In this document: in pieces, positions 1-6,333 of the stretch
How positions within the stretch are numbered: the first letter of the stretch is position 1
How the letters are laid out: each line of letters begins with the position of its first letter
Assembly (NCBI GenBank): GCA_038893995.1
Contig: JAWAQK010000063.1
Span: forward strand, 1-12,312
Origin: Candidatus Thorarchaeota archaeon
GTDB lineage: Archaea > Asgardarchaeota > Thorarchaeia > Thorarchaeales > Thorarchaeaceae
Direction of reading: 5' to 3'
DNA length: 12,312 nucleotides
Notes under the pieces: generated by a model
Database searches by the model: none
What the model was told of the DNA's origin: nothing
Seen by the model: the letters and a program-made list of their open reading frames with translations, nothing else
Translations under genes and position numbers: made by a program

Positions 1-56
1 GCTATAATGACATCGTAGCTGGAGAAGTCCACCCTGTCGATCGATGACTCGAGCAT
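1..56 (-). CDS. Possible N-terminus of a gene running off the left edge (MLESSIDRVDFSSYDVIIA...), product unknown
   Basis: ATG at 56-54 on the minus strand, open to position 1. The visible end (YDVIIA) resembles a first beta-strand of a HAD- or Rossmann-type enzyme, but only ~19 codons are visible. Confidence 0.35.
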   Translation of the reverse strand, partial: MLESSIDRVDFSSYDVII

Positions 57-185
57 GTCAGACACTCTGACGGGCGGTCCCCATTCTTAAGATTGTCCAC
101 GTGTTACTCAGGAATCAGCCGTCGGAGGTACGGGACGACAAGTGTTATCAGTGACTACGGACCATCAGACCCCTGGTGGAAACTC

Positions 186-1991
186 ATGCCGTCCCTCGAG
201 GAGGTCCTGGCCGCTGCGCGGGCAAAGCTTGATAGAGGAGAGGCTGCTGATGCAGGGAGAATAGTCATGATGGCTGCAAAGGCAGTCGCCGACAAGAATC
301 TGATCCGAAGAGCTGCAGAGCTGTATGAGCAGGCAGCCGATATCTATCGTGGTGCATTCAAGCCGCAGCAGTGTTTCGAGGCCATCGAGAACGCCACCGT
401 CATGTTTCTCAGAATGTCAGGACCCAAGATGGCACAGGAAGTCGCGAGAATCAGTGAGAAGGGGGGTGACATGGCTCAGGCGGCCGGCGAGTTTCAGAAA
501 GCTGCCGAGTTCTACTTTCGGGCCGGTGAGTTTGCAGATTCCCAGACTGACAGAGAACGTCTATCCGAGAAGGCCGTTGGAGCGCTTCTCGACCTGGCAG
601 GCATCCTTGAGGAGAAGGGACAGTTCGATGAGGCAATTGCAGCCCTGAAGAAGGTCAGCGGGATATACTACAGTACCAACAACGCAGATCTTGGGAAGAG
701 AGTCAACGACAGGGGCGCCAAGCTTGCACTGAGGTGGGCGGAAATGGCGAAACGCAGCGGCGACTATCTGGCAGCAGCGAGTGCCATAGCTGAGGCGGCT
801 CAGATAAAGCAGGCAGAGGGAGATGTGCAGGAGGCTCCAAGGCTGATGGTAGAGGCGGGAGAACTGTACGAGAAGGTAGGCCTCTATGATAAGGCGGGAA
901 ACATGTACGACGCTGCTCAGGAGAGTTATAGAAAACAGAGATTGACGTCAGCACATAGGACGGCTATGACGAGGGCAGCCGAGGCATACATGAAGATGGA
1001 GGGAAAACCCGAGGTACTGGCACCGCTGCTTGTGAAGGCAGGCTCAATGTTCGACGAGCTTGGTCTGGGCGTCAAGGCAAGGTGGGCCTTCAAGAGAGCT
1101 GCGGATCTATTCAAAGAACTGGCAGACAGGGCAGCGGCTTCAGGAGATAATGATTCACAGAGACGCTACCTCAGACATCATGCAATGTGTCTGAGGAAGT
1201 GGGGATACGAGAAGGAGGCCGACGAGGTAAGTAACCAGGTGATATCATACTACATTCAACTCGCCGAAGCAGCTCCTCCGGAGTCAGAAGACCGGGCGTT
1301 CGCACTCGAGGAACTGGGGGCGCTTTACCTGGAGTCCGGACGTCCAGGCGAATCCGCAAAGTATCTGATGATGGCACTCGAAACCTATGTCAAGGCAGCA
1401 GAGAAGGAAATGAATTCAGGTGAGCATGGAGATGCCGCGACCCTCTATAGTCGTGCGGCGGATGTTGCGACTCGACTGGGCGACTCTCACAGGAGCACTG
1501 AACTTCACAGTATTGCATCTGAGCAGGCGGCCAAAGCAGCATCCATCTACGGCGAGTCTGGCACTGCAGAACTCGAAACCGTCTGGCTTCGAACGGCCGC
1601 CATTGAGGCTTTGTCCACCGGGAAGCAGGACATGATTGCGCGCGCAATCGACTTTCTAAGAAGATCAAGTAGCGGATTCAGAGCGATCAAGGACATGAGG
1701 AACGCGTTCGATGACCTGTTTCTAGTCTTTGCGACGCTGGTGAAGAACGCGCCTGAGAGAACTGAGGAGATTACTCGCACCGTCAACGAGATGGAGGAGC
1801 TCTATCTGACCTCCAGGGACCAGAACATGAAGTCGGTCCTTGATGTCGTCAAGCCAATAGCGAAACAGAGTGCCATTGCTTCACTGATAGCGCTTCATGA
1901 AAATGAGTTGAATCTTGGACAGAAGCTGGAAGTCTTGAGGGAACTCGTGGACTTGACGAGGAGCCAAAAGCGTGTACAGCAGTCTGGGTGA
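186..1991 (+). CDS. Alpha-helical solenoid repeat protein, SNAP (soluble NSF attachment protein)/TPR-like, ~601 aa
   Basis: The ORF is open from 93, but ATG 186 (MPSLEEVL) follows a GGTGG SD-like motif. The protein is Ala/Glu/Lys-rich with recurring ~20-aa units of the form A-x-x-Y/F-x-x-A-A/G-x-x-Y/F (RAAELYEQAADIY, KAAEFYFRAGEF, KAGNMYDAAQESY, DAATLYSRAADV). No TM segment or catalytic motif is visible. Confidence 0.7.
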   Translation: MPSLEEVLAAARAKLDRGEAADAGRIVMMAAKAVADKNLIRRAAELYEQAADIYRGAFKPQQCFEAIENATVMFLRMSGPKMAQEVARISEKGGDMAQAAGEFQKAAEFYFRAGEFADSQTDRERLSEKAVGALLDLAGILEEKGQFDEAIAALKKVSGIYYSTNNADLGKRVNDRGAKLALRWAEMAKRSGDYLAAASAIAEAAQIKQAEGDVQEAPRLMVEAGELYEKVGLYDKAGNMYDAAQESYRKQRLTSAHRTAMTRAAEAYMKMEGKPEVLAPLLVKAGSMFDELGLGVKARWAFKRAADLFKELADRAAASGDNDSQRRYLRHHAMCLRKWGYEKEADEVSNQVISYYIQLAEAAPPESEDRAFALEELGALYLESGRPGESAKYLMMALETYVKAAEKEMNSGEHGDAATLYSRAADVATRLGDSHRSTELHSIASEQAAKAASIYGESGTAELETVWLRTAAIEALSTGKQDMIARAIDFLRRSSSGFRAIKDMRNAFDDLFLVFATLVKNAPERTEEITRTVNEMEELYLTSRDQNMKSVLDVVKPIAKQSAIASLIALHENELNLGQKLEVLRELVDLTRSQKRVQQSG

Positions 1992-1997
1992 TGATGC

Positions 1998-2417
1998 GTG
2001 GGAACCTATCACGAAGAGTTGGAGATCCGAACAAGGGGAGACTGCGATATCATTGACCTCACCAACGTCGTCGAGACAACTGTCAGGAAGAGTGGGTTCA
2101 AGTCGGGAATATGCACTGTGTTCTGCCCAGGTTCTACAGGAGCAGTGACTACGATCGAATATGAGGAGGGTCTTCTTGAGGACTTTCCCCAGGCAATGGA
2201 GAGAATCGCTCCTAAGTCGGCGGTCTACCAACACCATCTGAGATGGGGAGATGGCAATGGTCATGCACACATCAGATCTTCGGTCATAGGACCAAGTCTG
2301 ACTGTACCCTTTGTGGAAGGACGTCTGAGGCGAGGTACTTGGCAGCAGATTGTCTTTATTGACTTTGACAACAGGCCCAGGACAAGAAGGATTGATGTCA
2401 TGGTCGTTGGAGACTAA
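1998..2417 (+). CDS. yjbQ: YjbQ/UPF0047 family protein (secondary thiamine-phosphate synthase-like)
   Basis: Motifs IIDLT, SGICTVFCPGSTGAVTTIEYE, GNGHAHIRSSVIG and GTWQQIVFIDFD..PRTR; 139 aa; GTG start 6 nt after the upstream stop, with a GGTGA SD. Confidence 0.92.
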   Translation: MGTYHEELEIRTRGDCDIIDLTNVVETTVRKSGFKSGICTVFCPGSTGAVTTIEYEEGLLEDFPQAMERIAPKSAVYQHHLRWGDGNGHAHIRSSVIGPSLTVPFVEGRLRRGTWQQIVFIDFDNRPRTRRIDVMVVGD

Positions 2418-2671
2418 TACTCTCCCTCACTTAGTTCCCATGACATGTCTGGTTCAGTCCAGAGTATCGAGGCATCGCGATGTTTCAGTGCCAAGTAGTG
2501 TATTCTCAGGGCCCTGCACAACCTATGGATCTGAAACTCAATGCTCGGACCCGGAGAGAGACGATATCTGCCAAAGGAGTCCATGAGATCGCGGATGGTG
2601 AGGATCTCCTCTTCGACCCGCCTATCAAGAGCACTGACCTTTGCACAGGCTGTCAAGTTGTCTGAAGGCAT
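2414..2671 (-). CDS. Small hypothetical protein (85 aa, probably helical)
   Basis: ATG preceded by a GAGTGGT SD-like motif; fills the gap downstream of nob1 on the same strand; stop overlaps the yjbQ stop by 4 nt; amphipathic helical pattern (LDRRVEEEILTIRDLMD, IEFQIHRLCRALRIHY). Confidence 0.6.
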   Translation of the reverse strand: MPSDNLTACAKVSALDRRVEEEILTIRDLMDSFGRYRLSPGPSIEFQIHRLCRALRIHYLALKHRDASILWTEPDMSWELSEGEY

Positions 2672-2737
2672 TGGCTAGACCACTCAAGATTGACGCAGTG
2701 TGTCAGCGTATATCCGATTGGGTTACCGAAGTAATAC

Positions 2738-3256
2738 CTAGTCGAAATATGCCTGACGACCAGTCAGTCTCCGGACCATCTTCGTGCCGCAGACAGGGCA
2801 TTCGAGGTCGGGGGGTGCTGTGGTAGAACTCATACCACAACCGGGACAACTAAAGGACCATCTTGCCTGAAACCTGAAGCGCCCTTCGATGTCACTCACC
2901 CGGACAGACAGATGAGATGCGGTATTCAGAAGAGCAAGATCAGAGGAAACGAGAATGACCCTGTGACCCTGCTTCATCTTGGTGAGTGCCAGTGCAATGA
3001 GACTGATATCAGTCTCTGACAGATGATGACCATCCCCAATGTTCTGCGCGCAGGACCTGACCAGCATCAGATCATGAGAGTCTGGATACTCTACACTCAG
3101 CCGTCCCGACGACATCAGGAACTCCACACGGCGTATGCTGGATCTGTTGCGGATCTCGTCTATCACGCCGGGGACGGTAGCGAAACTGCCACCAGTCCTA
3201 GTCCGTGTCCAGCCAGAGAACAGGGGACCTGCATCAAGAACGTACAGTCGGGACAT
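2738..3256 (-). CDS. nob1: Nob1-family PIN-domain endonuclease with C-terminal zinc ribbon (small-subunit rRNA 3' end maturation)
   Basis: PIN motifs YVLDAG, TVPGVIDE, GD..HLSETDISLIALAL and LVSSD..L.N; zinc ribbon W..SCPGCG...ECPVCG. Confidence 0.88.
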   Translation of the reverse strand: MSRLYVLDAGPLFSGWTRTRTGGSFATVPGVIDEIRNRSSIRRVEFLMSSGRLSVEYPDSHDLMLVRSCAQNIGDGHHLSETDISLIALALTKMKQGHRVILVSSDLALLNTASHLSVRVSDIEGRFRFQARWSFSCPGCGMSSTTAPPDLECPVCGTKMVRRLTGRQAYFD

Positions 3257-3266
3257 CTAGAAACAC

Positions 3267-4139
3267 CTACAGGGTCCTGGGGACCACACGCGTGTTGAGT
3301 CGTTCAAAGTAGTTGTCGTGCAGCCGTATGAACCTGGTGAATGAGTCAGACTTCCTCAACCAGACTGTGCTGCCAGGTGTGACTTCATGCACCGACTGAC
3401 CATCGACTATGACAATGCCTGAAGCGCCCGGTTTGACTAGATCCAACTCGACTGTACTCGAGTCAGGTATGACCATTGGTTTCAGTTCGAATCTCGGGGG
3501 ACACACTGGAACGAGTATGAAGCCGTTGACCCCTGGTGTCAGGATTGAACCTCCTGCTGCCAGAGCGTAGGCGGTTGAGCCACACGGAGTCGACAACATG
3601 CACCCATCTGCGCGACCGTATCCGACCCGATTGCCATTGATCCGTATCCTGAATGTGAGTAGGCGACCCGGAATCTTTGAAGTGATGTAGACCTCGTTAA
3701 GGGCATCAGGAAAGGACATCTCACCACTGCCTGACGCCAGATTTACACAATGCTCAACTACACAGTCACTGGCCAGGATCCTGTCGAGCGCACTGATGGC
3801 CGTAGTGGTGCTGCTCTCAGTCAGGAAGCCAACTGTCCCTCTGTTGACACAGTAGAGTGGAGTCCGGCGGTCTCTGAGTCTCTGGAGGGTGTACAGGATA
3901 GTACCATCACCACCCACCGTTATTATGAAGTCCACATCCATGTCCTCGATTGATACGTGGTCCACCCTTGCATCCTCGACCCTGCAGGACCCTCTGTCAA
4001 CTTGGACCTGAAGTCCCCTCTTGAGCAGATTCGCCACCAGCCTGTTGGCAAAGCGCTCTATCTCGATCCTTTCGGGTCTGCAAACAACTCCGACCCTGTT
4101 CTTCTCCGACAGAATCTTTGGAGACGGCTCAATCAACAT
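3267..4139 (-). CDS. nadK: NAD(+) kinase (ATP/polyphosphate-NAD kinase)
   Basis: GGDGT motif, VNRGTVGFLT, ALNE, ADG...STPCGSTAYALAAGG and IVDGQ; 290 aa. Confidence 0.95.
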   Translation of the reverse strand: MLIEPSPKILSEKNRVGVVCRPERIEIERFANRLVANLLKRGLQVQVDRGSCRVEDARVDHVSIEDMDVDFIITVGGDGTILYTLQRLRDRRTPLYCVNRGTVGFLTESSTTTAISALDRILASDCVVEHCVNLASGSGEMSFPDALNEVYITSKIPGRLLTFRIRINGNRVGYGRADGCMLSTPCGSTAYALAAGGSILTPGVNGFILVPVCPPRFELKPMVIPDSSTVELDLVKPGASGIVIVDGQSVHEVTPGSTVWLRKSDSFTRFIRLHDNYFERLNTRVVPRTL

Positions 4140-4328
4140 GTGATCGCATCCTGGACATGCTCACGACAAGAAACAGGATAAATTGAACGTTCCCGTCCTC
4201 CGGATTCTGTGATGCGGCGTGGACGGGAAATGTGACAAACTCTCGGAGGCCAGGAAAGTACTTGTCGGTCTACTGGCACTCCCAGGCGACAAGGGTCAGC
4301 GCAGGGCTGCACATTTCGTGAACAGCTA

Positions 4329-4343
4329 CATAAAGTATATAGA
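4329..4343 (+). promoter_or_regulatory. Putative BRE/TATA promoter of eIF5A
   Basis: CATAAAG followed by TATATAGA (4336-4343), ~55 nt upstream of the ATG; SD-like AGGTGGT at 4384-4390. Confidence 0.6.
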
Positions 4344-4395
4344 GTGAACCGATGGCAGGAACGGTGGCTCGTCTTAGGACCATAGGTGGTTTTCA

Positions 4396-4791
4396 ATGAG
4401 CATTAGAAAGGCGGACGCAAAGAGCCTGAAGCCAGGCAGCTACTTGATGATTGATGATGAGCCCTGCAAGGTCCTCTCAGTAGAAACTTCAAAACCAGGT
4501 AAGCACGGTGCAGCCAAGGCAAGAGTCGTGGCAGTAGGTTTCTTCACGGGTCGGAAAAGAGACGTGATAATGCCGGCTGACAGGATGGTTGACGTGCCAG
4601 TAATAGAGAAACGCAGCGCGACTGTGATAGCTGACCTCGGAGACCACTACCAGGTCATGGACACCGAGAGCTATGAAACGTACGATATACCAAAGCCAGA
4701 CGATCCAGAGATCTTGGGGAAGGTTCAACTCAACTCAGAGGTCGAGGTCTGGGAGATAATGGGTCGTCGTACCATAACTCGTGTCAAGTGA
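4396..4791 (+). CDS. eif5a: Archaeal translation factor IF-5A (aIF5A/eIF5A)
   Basis: Hypusination loop TSKPGKHGAAKAR (Lys36); GSYLMIDDEPCKV, VDVPVIEKR and QVMDTESYET; 131 aa. Confidence 0.97.
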   Translation: MSIRKADAKSLKPGSYLMIDDEPCKVLSVETSKPGKHGAAKARVVAVGFFTGRKRDVIMPADRMVDVPVIEKRSATVIADLGDHYQVMDTESYETYDIPKPDDPEILGKVQLNSEVEVWEIMGRRTITRVK

Positions 4792-4812
4792 CATTCCAGC
4801 AGTTCTGGGATG
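4792..4812 (+). terminator. Hairpin immediately after the eIF5A stop (possible 3' stability or termination element)
   Basis: CATTCCAG-cagtt-CTGGGATG, an 8-bp stem with one G-U pair. There is no U-tract, so a terminator role is uncertain. Confidence 0.25.
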
Positions 4813-5065
4813 GCAGCCATGGTCTAACATTGGAGGGCCGGCGCTGGTCAAGGGACCAGGCCAGGCAATATAGAGTCGACCCACTCGCAGTCCCAGTGGT
4901 GAGGATGTGATGTAGTGTCGTGGGTACTGAGATCATGACCGGCGGGTCCATGGCCCAACAATCTACGAGATTCCTATTCGGCCGGAGGACTCAGGCGTCC
5001 CTCCTTCCTGGACCCCAGCTGAAGTCAGAGTGTGTTCGAGAAACTTGTGGCCGTCTGATTCGGGT

Positions 5066-5497
5066 CTAAGGTGACTCATTGCTCTTGGCAAACATACGAC
5101 CAACTACTGTGAGGATGACGCCAATCCAGCCCAGAGAGTATGACATCAGGGCAACAAGCGACAGGAGTTGATCCAGACCACCTACCGAAACTGCCGTGAC
5201 AATGATGAGTATCAGGCCTATGAGACCCACGCCTGCTCCGAGACCGACTAGTAGCTTGCCCAGTCGGATCCTCGATATGAGGATGAGCAGTCCACCCAGT
5301 ACCACAGCGGTACCGCCTAGCCCTGCGATCCATAGCAGCACTCTCAATACAATCTCCAGTATACCAGCGAGTGAAGGAAACATCGTCTGGACATAGGCTA
5401 TGACGGTGCTCAACAGGCCAATATCACCTTGCCAGCTGGCTATGAAGAGGAGTACGCCTCCCGCTATGCAGAGCACAGATGCGAGAACATTCTTCAT
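5066..5497 (-). CDS. Small Gly-rich integral membrane protein (~4-5 TM), function unknown
   Basis: 143 aa, almost entirely hydrophobic, with repeated GxxxG/GG motifs (IAGGVLL, GLGGTAVVLGG, GLGAGVGLIG). Confidence 0.85.
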   Translation of the reverse strand: MKNVLASVLCIAGGVLLFIASWQGDIGLLSTVIAYVQTMFPSLAGILEIVLRVLLWIAGLGGTAVVLGGLLILISRIRLGKLLVGLGAGVGLIGLILIIVTAVSVGGLDQLLSLVALMSYSLGWIGVILTVVGRMFAKSNESP

Positions 5498-5550
5498 GTA
5501 CAGGATCCCACGTAATCAAGTGTGAACTCCGACTAATTCGTCTTTCGGGT

Positions 5551-5613
5551 GTTGGGTGATGAACACATCCAATCACTACTCCTCAGAGGGACAGAACCTG
5601 CAGAACTGACGAT
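5551..5613 (+). ncRNA. Candidate archaeal box C/D sRNA
   Basis: Perfect box C GTGATGA (5556-5562) and box D CTGA (5606-5609). The flanks GTTG/CGAT form a 4-bp closing stem in K-turn register. The element is 63 nt and intergenic; internal D'/C' boxes are only degenerate (CAGA 5584-5587). Confidence 0.35.
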
Positions 5614-5769
5614 TACAGTGACTGCAAGTGTCGTACAGCATAGGGAAAGCCTAATCAGCAGTGCCAGTGTGGGCACTGTCACTCACGGTCAAGTCTGCAG
5701 TACTTGACGCTGTGAACGAGGATGCATCACACCAGGAACAGCCCTGCCATGACTACAGGAAGTGATGCC

Positions 5770-6327
5770 TTGGAAGGTCCACTCATGATCTCTACGGCCG
5801 GCGTCATTTTCCTTGCGTTCAGGCTCTGGCTCGTGGAGAGAAAACTCGTAGAAGAGCTACAGTTCCGGCGAAGATACACGAGTCGCTTCATAAGTTACTA
5901 CACTGCGCTGGCAACGGCCCTGGCACTGAACTGTTATGTGCTCAACCTGGTAGTGATGATGAGCTTCCCAATACTGCTCGTCACAGTGGGATGGGACATA
6001 AGGTTCTACAGACGCTTTTCCAGCAGGAACTACTGGCATAAGAACAGGACATGGCTCATCGTGGAGAGACTCACACTTCATCCGCCTGTGGTAATCCTGG
6101 CCCTTCTGATGATTTACCTGGGTGCTGAGTCATACATCCGGGCCCCCACCCTTATCACAATAGGGCTGGCAACACTGTTACTCTACGTGCCATTCTTTCT
6201 CTTTGACGAGCGCTGGAGATCCCGGTACCTGTGGCCCCAGGCGATCGTAGTGATAGCGCTCTTCACAGGGTCCATGCTGTCCATGATGATTGCACAGGCA
6301 TTTCTCTGGGGAGTCCCATTGTGGTGA
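5770..6327 (+). CDS. Polytopic membrane protein (~5-6 TM), function unknown
   Basis: The ORF is open from 5722; a likelier start is TTG 5770 (after GGAAGTGA) or ATG 5785. Hydrophobic helices alternate with Arg/aromatic loops (ELQFRRRY, WDIRFY, ERLTLHPP, FDERW). Confidence 0.8.
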   Translation: MEGPLMISTAGVIFLAFRLWLVERKLVEELQFRRRYTSRFISYYTALATALALNCYVLNLVVMMSFPILLVTVGWDIRFYRRFSSRNYWHKNRTWLIVERLTLHPPVVILALLMIYLGAESYIRAPTLITIGLATLLLYVPFFLFDERWRSRYLWPQAIVVIALFTGSMLSMMIAQAFLWGVPLW

Positions 6328-6333
6328 TGAATC

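Noticed and set aside
93-185. 31-aa N-terminal extension of the SNAP-like ORF from TTG 93
   Set aside because: Its composition is unlike the rest of the protein. ATG 186 has an SD, and this stretch must also hold the divergent promoters.
2480-2665. 61-aa plus-strand ORF with Cys pairs
   Set aside because: It lies antisense to the better-supported 2414-2671 ORF and matches no family I recognise.
3257-3269. Pyrrolysine-type UAG readthrough fusing nadK to nob1
   Set aside because: nob1 is out of frame with nadK, and NadK is already full length at its UAG.
4246-4376. RNase P RNA-like fragment CAGGAAAGT
   Set aside because: The GAGGAAAGUCC consensus, the matching 3' P4 strand and sufficient length are all missing.
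4133-4396. 87-aa minus-strand ORF in the nadK/eIF5A spacer
   Set aside because: It has Cys/Arg-rich non-coding-like composition and overlaps the eIF5A promoter and SD.
4995-5020. Minus-strand GGGGTCCAGGAAGGAGGG, resembling SRP RNA helix 8
   Set aside because: The conserved CAGG/AGCA internal loop is absent and no long SRP rod helix is evident.
4935-5069. 44-codon plus-strand ORF (MTGGSMAQQ...)
   Set aside because: No SD, no recognisable motif, and it is short enough to be chance.
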